From Neocallimastix sp. 'constans' (taxonomy: Eukaryota): DNA of 64,000 nt. This document shows positions 39,096 to 50,800 of the stretch, piece by piece (the stretch's first letter is position 1; every line of letters starts with the position of its first letter). The position numbers and the translations under genes are program-made. The stretch is from the NCBI GenBank assembly GCA_050613775.1, contig JBODTK010000014.1, forward strand, positions 372,001-436,000, given 5' to 3'. The notes beneath the pieces are model-generated. The model saw only the letters and a program-made list of their open reading frames with translations. It ran no database searches and was not told the origin of the DNA.

Positions 39096-39535
39096 TATCT
39101 CTTCCAAGGATAATGTTTCAAAGAGTCTTTCTAAGTTTTCCAATTTAAGAAAATTTAATATTTATTTATTTATTTATTTTTTATTTTGCTTCCTCAAAAT
39201 TAATAACTTTATAATTATATCAGTAAAGTCGACCAGGTCTCTATCCAATTATGTATGGTGACGGTCGAGTAAACTAATTTTTTATAAATGGCTTAATTTT
39301 GAAGAATTATATTTTTTCTGGTTATTAGAAGGAGTTTTTTCACTTGTTTTAGTCTGTATTACTAGATACAATGTTCATTTAAGCCCTGAATTGTGGCCCT
39401 CGATTACAGTCCAATTATTGATTCCAAAATGGTAGCTCTGAATAAAAACTCTTGACTGGCGGTAGACCAAAAAAATCTTCAGCTTGCGGATTCTGTTATT
39501 ACAACGTATTTTGTAAAATAAAAGGTAATTGTTAT

Positions 39536-39641
39536 TGTAAAAGAAAATACTAAAATAGATTACAATAACAAAATACAATAAATTTTATTTTATTAAAAAA
39601 TTTTTAATTTAAAATGTGATTGGGATAATCACATCTTTACA
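39536..39641 (-). repeat. 5' LTR of the decayed Gypsy element, internally deleted (106 bp)
   Basis: Matches both ends of the 802-bp LTR, joined across the microhomology AAAAATTTTTA. Confidence 0.9.
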
Positions 39642-39711
39642 AACGATTATAAATATAATTTTAAAATAAATAAATTTGTATTTTTCTAGTATTTTTTTAA
39701 ATTAAGATTAT

Positions 39712-41147
39712 TTATTTTAAATTAATATTTATATCATTTAAATCAATTAAACAATCTTTCCATAATTTAACTAATTGATTTCTGTTGCATCCATTATAAA
39801 ATAAATTTATTTCCTTACTTTTGTAATTTTCAATTAAAATTTTAATTTCATTAGTTGCACTAAATATTTTTTGCTTTTTTTTCCAAGTTCCTTTTGTTCT
39901 CCTTTGGTAATCATTATAAGATAAGTTTTCTTCTTCTTTTAATATATATATTAATTTATAAAATAAAGGTTTATTTGGAAATATATTATTTAAGTAGCTA
40001 TTATAAGATTCTGATGAATTGTTTGTTAAATGCTCTATATTTTCATAATAATTCCAATTATTAACATTATACTTAATTAAATAATTTTTATTAAAATGTT
40101 CTAAAAATTGTAGAAAATTATTATACTTTTTTTTTTGTCAAATTCTTTTTATTATAATATAAATATCAAATATATAGTTAGGGTTTATAAACGGTAAGTT
40201 CAAAATAGCTTTATAATAAATATATACATCATTATTATTCTTCACTTCATGATAACATAATATATTTTTTTGTTTTTCTAATGTTCTTTTGTAATGCCAA
40301 ACACAATATTTAATAATTATATTGGGAAAAACTTTTTTTGCGGCATTAGATATACCTTGTTCAAAATCACAATGAAAATTAATTGTAGTAATTAATGTAT
40401 TACTCCTAAATTTATTTGCATTTTTTTTTATTTCTTTAAATAATGTTTCATATGTAGATTGTTTTTTATTTTTTAATATAGAAATGGAAGTAGTTTAAAA
40501 CATATTAAATTCCGCAACATAAGTTCTTGTTATAAATAACTGATAACTAAATTTCGGTGCTGCATAAAATGTACCGTCCGCAAATATATTTTTTGATAAT
40601 TTGAAAATAAATATGCTTGGAATGGTGATTGAAAGATTATTAGATCAGTACTTTTAAATATCATAAAATTTTCATTTCTTTTTGTTTTATAATATTTTGA
40701 TTCAATGAGAATATCATCAAAACTTTTTATGTTTGGAGGAAATTGTTTATTTATATTTCTTATTATTTGGGATCTAATTGTACTATATTCGGGACATATA
40801 AGTCCCATTTCTTGAGAAACGGCATTAAATATATGTTTAGGATTTATATCCATAGGAATTGAATTTTTCCTAATTTTTTCCTTAATTTTATGTTTTGCTA
40901 CTGATATAGACACATCAATTTCTTTTTCGAAATGGTTATGTAAACTTTCATATTTTAAAATCTCCTTTTTATCATTTAAAATAATCAAAGATTTACATTT
41001 ATTTAAAGTCTTATATTCAGTGCATCTATAAAATTTTGATTTATCTTTCCTTTGAAATGAAAAATTAAATTTGTGTTTTTTATTAATAATAATTTGTTCA
41101 TTTCCTCGATTTGTTTCACTTATTTCAATTTCTATATTGTCTTCCAT
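39712..41147 (-). pseudogene. Mutator-like (MULE) DDE transposase pseudogene with an N-terminal FLYWCH/WRKY-like Zn finger
   Basis: ORF 41147-40530 contains YRC...C...H.H. A frameshift at ~40590 leads to IFADGTFYAAPKFSYQLF, a stop at ~40496, then HCDFEQGISNAAKKVFP...YCVWHY, WNYYENIEHLTNNSSESYN, ending ...LNDININLK* at 39712. Confidence 0.88.
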
Positions 41148-41519
41148 TGATAATTAAAATTCTTCAATAAAATATTTTAATAAATATACTTTTAAATGCT
41201 TTGAAACTTTTTTTTTTAATATTTAAAATAATAAACCTTTTTTTTAATTAATTATATAATTATTTTAATAATTATTTAATTATTAATTATATATTATTTC
41301 TTTATTTAATATTTTATTTATTTATTTTTTTTTCTTTTTTTTTTTATTTTATTTTATTTTTTTATTTTTTATTGCTTAAGAAATAAAATTTTTATTTTTT
41401 TTTATTTTATTTTTTAATGTTTAAAAAAAAAGTTTTCTTATTATTTTTATTTTATTTTTCAATGTTTAAAAAAAAAGTTTTCTTATTTCGTATTTTTATT
41501 TTATTTTTTAATGTTAAAT

Positions 41520-41604
41520 AGAAATACCTAACCTAATTATTATTTATTGAAGTGTTGTATTTCGCCAAAAGTTGAATTTCGTCCAGTTGAATTTCACCAA
41601 ATTC
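41520..41604. repeat. Probable MULE terminal repeat (one end only)
   Basis: ACCTAACCT motif plus iterated GTTG(A/T)ATTTC(G/A) subrepeats upstream of the transposase. The partner TIR was not found in the window. Confidence 0.5.
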
Positions 41605-42119
41605 TTGGTGGCTTATAAATTTACGTCATAAAATATCACCACAATTATTATTCACGCCATATTGTGAATATATGGCTTTTTAAAAATTGTAGAAAAAAGA
41701 CACAAAATCATGATACAATTAGATATACGCCCCACGTAAGATTACATGTTTGAAAATTTTTTGGTTTATTTAATTAATTATTATTCATTAAAATTTTAAT
41801 AAAATTAAGTGGCTTAAAATTAAAAATATTTAAGCCATACAACGAAATACAAATTTTTGTAATAAAAATTTTCGAAATGCACACCCCCTTTTCTCAATCG
41901 TGCATTTCGTAATGTGGCGATTAAATTTTTCAAAATAAAGCGATAGATTTTTAAGATATTCTATACAATCATAAATAAATATATATATATTTTTAATTAA
42001 ATATTATTAAATAACTATTTCAAAAGAAATAATAATATACTTTATTAGAAAAGAACTATAAAAAATTGTTTTTACAATTGAATATTAATAAATTATATAT
42101 AAAAAAATAATATCATTTA

Positions 42120-44412
42120 TTTATTATTAAATTTTTATTATTATATTTCTATTATTATATTTTTATTATTAAATTTTTATTAATAAATTTAGACCAATCA
42201 AATAACTATTATTTTAGATTAGAATATTAGAATAATAAAATTTTCTAAAGATATTATAATATATTATTTTATTAAAAAAAATCTACAAGTAATGTACCAT
42301 TTAGATGTTAAGGAATGAAAATAAAAATATAATAAAATGTGAATTTTTATTTGTATTTTTATTATTATAACCCTTTGTAATAAATTTTATTTATTATTAT
42401 TAAAGCTAATAATTAGTAATATATTCCTTTATTTGTTTATATTGAACTTTGTTTATAGTTTTAACTTAATTTAGTTTACTTAATTCTTAAAATATACATT
42501 ATGATTATTTTATTAATTATTATGATTTTTAAAAATAATTCTTATATTTTTATAAATAAAGATATTATATTTCCGATATTTAAATTAAATTGTTTAATTA
42601 TAAAAATTATTATAAAAAGAAGTAATTTTTCATTGTAAAATAATTATTAATAATTGTAATTAAATTTTTAAAAAAAATTTAAAAATGAAAAAAAAACTTT
42701 GTATATATATATAAATAATTATTGTTTTTACAACTCGACTTTTCCATAGACTTCGTTATACCCAGTCGTAATTGGTAATATTCGAATTCAAGACGCTTAT
42801 AATTTAGAAAAAGGCAATAAGTGGAATATAATACATGATATACTAACAGGTGAAATCAAACCCCGAACTCAAAACATTAGTCCCGGAAGCCAATACACAA
42901 GTTGTCGCTGTAGCTACTCGGAAAAACGACCTCTCATCCTAAAAGAATGGAGAAACCATACAACAAAAAAAAAAATAAAAAAGGAATATATATAGTCTCT
43001 CAAAGACAATCCCAGTTAGGATAAATGTACCAAATAAAAATCAAAACATATAGAAGTGTTAACAGGATTGTAACGAAGTCTTCAGTGATACGTTTTTTTA
43101 AGTGCATATTCCTATTTGCTATTTCACCGGTGATAGGATCACATACAGTCACAATATTTAATTATTGTTTAACAATTTTTAAGGGTCCAGTATAGAAACG
43201 GTCCAGTTTTCGTCTGTTAAATACTTTTACAAGAAATCACAAAGTTTATAACAAAATATCGTCCTTTTTTAATTTGTTTTCGGACGGTCTTCCCATAGTT
43301 TGTTAGCTGTTTCTATATTATTAATTGCTTCTTTGATCCATTTATCGTGAGTAATAAAATTTTCTTAACCAATATTCTTCTTCACTTTCAATTTCATTTC
43401 TTTTTTCTATATTTATACTATTTAATATTGTTTTTAGAATACTGTGTGAATCTGAGCCCATATCATATATATTACGGAACATATAAATAAATGAAATCAG
43501 AAATTATTATTAAAGATAAAATATTATAGTTATTAATTTAAATAATAAATATTACAACACTAAAATAGTTATAAAATTATTTAAAAATAAATTTGATATA
43601 TGTATTATTATTTTTATTTAATGTTGTAATATTTTATATTTAATATTTTAATGGTATATTATATTTTTATTATTAAATTTGTATTATTAAATTTTTATTA
43701 AATTTAGACCAATCAAATAACTATTTTTTTAGATTAATATTATTAGAATTGAAATTTAGAATATTAAAATAAATAAAATTTTCTAAAGTTATTAAAATAT
43801 ATTATTTTATTAAAAAAAATATTCAAGAAATGTACCATTTAAATGTTAAGGAATGAAAATAAAAACATAATTCAATGTGAATTTTTATTTTTATTTTTAT
43901 TATTATAACCCTTTGTAATAAATTTTATTTATTATTATTAAAGCAAATAATTAGTAATATATTCCTTTATTTGTTTATATTGAACTTTGTTTATAGTTTT
44001 AACTTAATTTAGCTTACTTTAATTTTAATAATAGCTTATTTTAGTCATATTATTAAGATAAATTCATTCTTAATTCTTAAAATATACATTATGATTATTT
44101 TATTTATTATTATGATTTTTTAAAATAATTCTTATTATATTTTTATAAATAAAGATATTATATTTCCCATAGTTAAATTAAATAGTTTAATTATAAAAAT
44201 TATTATAAAAAGAAAAAATTCATTGTAAAATAATTATCGATAATTGTAATTAATTTTTTAAAAAAAATTTAAAAATAAAAAGACTTCGTATATATAAATA
44301 ATTATTGTTTATAAAACTCGACTTTTCCATAGATTTCATTATACCAAGTCTTAATTGGTAATATTCGAGTTCAAGATGACTATAACTTAGAAGAAGATGA
44401 CAAATGGAATAT
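42120..44412 (-). mobile_element. Degenerate Gypsy remnant: two copies of LTR+PPT flanking an integrase C-terminal fragment
   Basis: Direct repeats at ~42120-42830 and ~43640-44412 (shared TTAGACCAATCAAATAACTATT and CTCGACTTTTCCATAGA). Minus strand shows PPT-like GGAAAAGTCGAGT followed by TGTAAAAAC at 42732. Minus 43060-43240 reads RRKLDRFYTGPLKIV (GPY/F motif). Confidence 0.6.
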
Positions 44413-44925
44413 GGCACCAAATATTATTCCATAACTAAAAATTCTAAATGTATAGTTCTAAAAGTCAATGGTACTTCAAAAGAAATGGAAAGTATTATAA
44501 CGTTGTTTCATTATATAATGAAACTTATACTTTTCTAAGAAGTATAAGTTAAAGTGTTTATCCATGTAACAAAAATGACAAGAAAATTAATAAATCGTGA
44601 TACAGATTGGAATTCTTAAAATTATTATAAAACTTAAATAACATCTAAACTACTCAATAACAAATTAATAAATTAAAAATTGAAATTTAAATCAAAAAAT
44701 TTAATTAAATTCTAAAAACTCAATTATACTTTAATTCTATTTTAATTTTTAAAATAATAAAATATTAGTGTTAATTAATTTCTCTACTTAATTAAAAATA
44801 AATAACTTAAACAATTTTCTCTTTTATTTTGAATTCTTTGTTTATAATAATTAATGTATTATTTGTTTATTTGTTTATTTTATTGTTTATTTTTAAAAAT
44901 ATAATTACTCTTAATTGTTTTATTA

Positions 44926-45565
44926 TTAAAATTCTATTTTGGTTATCTGGCTGAATGTCAGGTGACGCTTTTTCAACATAATTTTTATTTTCATGTAGTG
45001 ATTAAGATTTTCAATATAATTGTTTTTATCCTCATTAATATTATTGTTTAATTTAGTAGAAACATTATTATCATTTCTTGATTTAAATTTTTTATTACTT
45101 TTAATATTATCAATAATTTTATTTTTATTATTGACACCAATATTTTTATCATCAAACATATTATTTTATTTATAAATTTTATACTTATTTTTATCAATAT
45201 AATTTTTAATTTCTACATCTTTATTTAGTTTACTATCATTAATTACATGATTATTATTAATATTTAAATTTTGAGAAGAATTATTAATTTTATTGCTCTC
45301 CTTAAAAATAGTTGTCTTTAAATTCTTTCTAGCTTTAGGTTTTAATATTTTCCTTTTAGATAAATCAACTTCTTCTACCTTATCTTTCTCGTCTTCACCT
45401 TTTTGGAAAATATCGCTTTTACTAACCGTATTCACTTTGACTTTCCTAATTTACGTTCCAGCATCTAAAGAAAACTCTTTTCTTTTGGCAGCATCGACAA
45501 AATATTTCTTCTTCTCAGGAACGTTATTGGAATTTAAGGGAGAACGTTCCCTCTTAGTAGTTTAA
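44926..45565 (-). pseudogene. Decayed Lys/Asn-rich ORF, probably TE-derived
   Basis: Successive minus-strand fragments (TKRERSPLNSNNVPEKKK..., MNTVSKSD..., MFDDKNIG...) broken by stops and lying between TE remnants. Confidence 0.35.
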
Positions 45566-46017
45566 AATTAAATAATTAGAAACCAAAGGGTTTGGACTCA
45601 TTTATTAAAGATAATTTAATTTAACTTAACCCTTAAGAAATTGTCAAAAATAACTTGAAGAAGAATAACGATAACAGGACAAAGAATGGAAATAATACAT
45701 TGATATTCCCGCTAAAATTATATTCATTAGAAAGCTACGACTAAGAACTATAACATATGTTAGATTTAACCCTATTAGACAACTAGGAGACGAGATATTG
45801 GACTTTGAAGAAATTTTAATTATAAAAAATAATTTAATTATTTTTAAATAAGACCAAAAATTATTAATTAGGAATTTATATAGATTAAATATTTAACTTG
45901 AATTTATATTATTAATTTTTATAAACAAATATTAATAATTTAAAAATACAGAATTAGTTATTAGTAATAGTTTTATGATATTTTTAATAAGTTTATAAAT
46001 TTTATATATATTATTAT

Positions 46018-46677
46018 TATAACAGAATCAATAATTACAATTATTTTATTATTTTAATATTTAGTATTATTTTTCAATAAAGTTTTAAAACAAATAATTA
46101 AATTTAAAAAATATTATTTCTGGTATAGTTGTTAGTAACTAATACCATGAATCAAACTACTTAGGGTTCGATTCACATTTATTATTATTTTATAGTTTTA
46201 TTCTAAAAAATATCTAGAAGATTCTTTATAGTTCAAGAAATTACTAGAATTTCTTGATAATTCTTGTGTTTAATTAATTAAAATTTATTCTATTAAATTC
46301 TTAATTCTATTGTTTTCTATTTTTTCTAAATTTTTCGATTTTTAAGAACTTTTTAGAAACTTTTATTTTTATTTTTTAATAACTTTAACTTTTGAAAAAA
46401 ATATAAATATGAGTAAAATTCTTATTAACAAATATTCTTTTCTTTGTGTTTTTTATTTTAATTTTGTTTAGCTAATAAAACTTAATTTTTTAATAAAACT
46501 TTTTTTAATATTAATACTATATCAACCCTTGCGGCTTATAGTATTATAATAAATATAATTAATAAAATAATTATAATAAAAGAAAAAAAAAAAAAAAAAA
46601 AAAAAAAATAAATAAAAAATAAAATAATTTTTGTTTTTTTTTGAGTGTTATTATATTTATTATAATATTTTGTTATA
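46018..46677 (+). repeat. 5' LTR (660 bp)
   Basis: TATAACA...TGTTATA ends; TATA-like TATAAATA at 46403. Confidence 0.93.
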
Positions 46678-47776
46678 ATAAAAAACACCCAAGATTTAGA
46701 CGCCGTGCCTTGATATATCTACCCTTTTGTTTGGTTTGAAGCTTTCTTTTGGAATTAGTATCTACTGCCTTTTTGTTTTCTTTTTGGACTTTATTTTTTG
46801 AATCTCTCGGATTTTCTGTTTCCTTTGTTTTTGGTTTCTGTTTGGCTACTTATCTTATTGGCTTCAGGTTTCCACTTTTGGTTAGATTCTTTCTGTTTGC
46901 CTTGGATTTCTTATTTTTGGCCTTGGTTTCTGTTTCCATTGGTTTCAGATTTCTTAGTTTTGGACTTGGTTTTTGTTTCCATTGGTTTCGGGTTTCTGAT
47001 TCTTGGTTTCTACTTTTGGACAAAATCTCTTCTTCTCTTAGTCTCTGATATCTTCTTTGGGTTCAGCCTTGCTTCTTGGATCTACTTTTTTTTTCTTTAA
47101 AAAATAAAATTCTCGGTTTTTGGTATTAATAGCAAACTCACAATAATACCAAAATCTATCTAGGCGAAAAAAAAATTTTTGATATAAAAAAAAAAAAAAA
47201 AAAATTCTTTAAGAAGTTCTACAGTTCTTGAGACTTTTTAAAGAATATTACAGGTAAATATAATATTTAAATATACTAGGAGCGATTAGAGCTCATAAAC
47301 AGAGTTTCGGCGGTTAGTAACTAGTTTCAGTAGGTTAGAAACTATAGCCGTTAATTATTCGAATATAAACGGGCTTCAAAACCCTAGGGCGTGAAGAGCG
47401 TGTGGATTAAACGAAAGCCACATCCTACCAACCAACTTCAACAGTTCGGTGGTTGCTCTATTCGAATAAGCTCTGGCGAATAAGGAACTATAGTCACCGA
47501 AGGCTATAGGTTGGTCGTGAAGGTAAAGCGACTTTAAAATATATAGTTTATAATTTTTTATTTTGAGGTCTAGTATATACCTCTAGTTAGTAACTCTTGC
47601 CGGTTTTTTATTTTGTTGTAAGGCATAAAAGAGTGAAATTTAGTCTAGTTATTATATTTACCAAATTAAATTTAAAAAAAAAAAAAAAAAAAAAAATTTA
47701 AATCAGCAATTAAACTAAACGCCTAGAAAAATAATAATTTATAATTCTTTATCATTACAATTTTCATTCGGGAGCA

Positions 47777-47809
<33 letters not shown>

Positions 47810-47891
47810 ATAATAATAATAATAGTGATAATATTAAATAAATCTTCTTATTGCAATTCTTAAACTTGTTTATAATTTAATAATTCTTTCA

Positions 47892-50800
47892 ATGTCTTCT
47901 TCATCAAACGATTTTCATTTTAATGGCGATTCAGCTAAGCTCAAGGGATTTTTAGCTTATGTTGGGTTAGCCATTGCACTTCGTCCTGAATATTTCACCA
48001 ATGATCCGTTAAAAGTAGCTTATACCATCACTTTGTTAAGAGATGAAGCTATGGATTGGGCTGCAGACTTGATGAATGAAAATAACCCAGTCCTTGACGA
48101 TTTTAACGCTTTCATTGAACTTATGAAGGATAGATTCAGTGACGTAGATGCAGTTTTTAATTGTAATCAAGCTCTTATGCATATTAAGCAAAAAGCATAT
48201 GGTAAAGTCACTGATTACAATAATGAATTCCGTAGGCTTTCGGAAAAAACGGACTGGAATGAATTTGCCTTAATGGATGTTTATATTGAAGGATTGCTAC
48301 CAAGACTTCAAGAAAGAGTAATTAGTTTGTTCCCTCCTCCTGCCAAATTAAATGAACTAATGCGAATTACCAATCGTATAGATCATCAAATGACTCGATT
48401 TGCAACGATCAACAATTACAATTCTAGAAATAACAGTAATAATAATAATAATTCTCGTAATAATAGGAAGTATTATAGATTTAACTCTAGTAATAATAGA
48501 AACGCCAATTCTAATTCTTTTTTCAAATCAAATAATGATTCAAATTACTCTCATTTATCCCCTGAAGAAAGAGCAAGAAGAATTAAAGAAGGGCTTTGTC
48601 TATATTGTGGACAATCAGGCCATAAGTTAATAAATTGTCCAAAGCGAGCAAATAAACCTGGCTCCTCCCATATGGCTAGATCTAATTCTTCTAAGAAATT
48701 TAATAAAGATTGTATTATTAAGTGTTCCTTTAACTACAAAAATAAATGGATTAAAGCTAAGGCTCTTATAGATTCCGGCTCCGACTTGAATCTTATGGAT
48801 AGTAATTTTGCTAAAATTAATAATTTTAAGCTTGTACATGATAATTTAGAAGCTGATAACATTACTGGTATTGGTGGTGGCAAAGACGTTGTTGGTAAAA
48901 CTATACCAATATTATTTAAAGTTAGTAACCTTCAGGTCTTAACAGAATTTTTTGTTATTGATTTGAACGACAAATTTGAGTGCTTAATTGGTTCTAGATT
49001 TCTTAAAGAAAATAAATCATCAATTGATTTCAACAATAATATTTTAAGCTTTTGCAATAGTAATAACAATGCGTCAGATTCTTCCTTTGTTGAATCAATA
49101 CCTTCAACCTCGGTTAACTCTACTTCACTTTCTCTTACTTCTAATACTTCCGACTCTATCTCTTCGAAACCAGCCTATTCCAGTTCATGCACCCCTAATA
49201 ATTCTTTGTTTGATAATTCTTCTATTTCTCCTTCCGTGTTGAAGAATTCAATTGCCTCTTCCCCAAACATGGATACTCCAAATAAAACACTTCCCGCCAT
49301 TTATCTAGAATTCTCTGATGTATTTAGTGAAGAAGAAGCTAAAATCTTACCTCCTCATTCTAGTTTTGATTGTGCTATTGACCTTAAACCTAATACTAAG
49401 TTATATTATAGTGCAATTTATCCCCTTACAATTCCCGAAGAAATAGCTTTAGAAAAAATTATTAAAGACTATTTAAAATACGGTTTTATTGTTAGGTCAA
49501 AATCAGAAGCTGGTCATCCAATTTTATTTGCTCCAAAAGATAATGGTGAGTTACGTATGTGTATTGATCTTAGGAAACTTAATGAAATCACCATTAGAGA
49601 TAGTTATCCTATGCCTTTAACAACTGTTATTTTTAATAAAGCTCCTGGTCATAAGTATTACTCAAAGCTTGATTTAAAATCTGCTTACTTCCAAATTCGT
49701 ATCAGGTCTGGAGATGAATACAAAACAGCTTTTGTATGTAGCTTAGGACACTTTGAATTTAGAGTTATGCCTTTCGGTTTCAAGAATGCACCTGCCTGTT
49801 TTCAAAGAATGATTGATACTGCATTAAGTGACTATTTAGGTAAATTTTGTTATGCCTATATTGATGATATTATCATTTTTTCTGATGATCTTTCTGAACA
49901 TCATTTACACGTTAAAAAAGTACTATTACAACTTAGGAAATTTCATTTACATGTTAACCTTGAAAAATGTGAGTTTGATAAGTTCGAAGTTAAATTTTTA
50001 GGATATTATGTATCTTCAGATGGTCTTAAGATGGATATTAAGAAAGTCTCAGCTATTTTAGATTGGCCTGCTCCAACTACAGTTAAAGAAGTTCAATCGT
50101 TTCTTGGCCTAGCCAATTTCTACAGACGCTTTATAAAAAATTTTGCTAAAATTGCTTATCCTCTTAATAAACTTACAAGAAAAAATGTTCCTTTTGTTTG
50201 GTCAAAAGATGCTAATGACTCCTTTGAACTTCTTAAACGTTCTTTTACTTCTGCTCCCATCCTTATTCCTGCTGATCCTAATTCTCAATTTTTTGTTGAA
50301 ACGGATGCAAGTAATTTTGCGCTTGGATGTATTTTATCCCAAGTTAGCTCTAAAGATAATAAGCTTCATCCAATTGCTTTCTATTCTAGAGCTTTTACCT
50401 CTGCTGAATGCAATTATCCAATTTATGATAAAGAGTTACTTGCTATTAAGACTGCTTTTGAAACTTGGAGGTACTATTTAGAAGGTGCTAAGAATACTAT
50501 TAAAGTTCTTACTGATCATAGAAATCTACTCTACTTTAAGAAACCAGAACAGCTTTCACAACGTTTAATTAGATGGTCAATGTTCTTTACTCGATTTGAC
50601 TTTCAAATTGAGTATCGTCCAGGTTCTCGCGGTGGTAAGCCAGATGCTTTATCTCGCCGTCCTGATTATGATAATCATGAACCTGCTAAACCTTACCAAG
50701 TACTTAAACCGGAAAATTTTTGTTTTACTTCAAGTATCTCTATTGAATCAAATCTACAAGATGAAATTAAAAAGTGTTACTCCAAGAATCCTTTCTTTAA

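Larger units (their letters stand above)
33646..39641 (-). mobile_element. Ty3/Gypsy chromovirus LTR retrotransposon (Tf1/sushi-like), decayed; TSD AACGA
   Basis: TG...CA LTRs at 33646-34447 (3' LTR) and 39536-39641 (internally deleted 5' LTR). AACGA flanks both ends (33641-33645, 39642-39646). PPT AAGGAGGGAGAT (minus) adjoins the 3' LTR. Domain order is gag-PR-RT-RH-IN. Confidence 0.95.
31812..41889. mobile_element. TIR-bounded DNA element (~10 kb including nested insertions)
   Basis: 31812-31864 (AGGGGGTATGTCATTTCGAAAATTTTTATTACATAAATTTGTATTTTGTTGTA) is the reverse complement of 41838-41889, with 3 mismatches and 1 indel. No clear TSD. Confidence 0.6.

Noticed and set aside
46749..47100. 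Two Phe/Leu-rich ORFs in the retrotransposon leader (env-like?)
   Set aside because: TTG starts in a T-rich repetitive tract, open in several frames because of composition; the antisense frame I read has stops.
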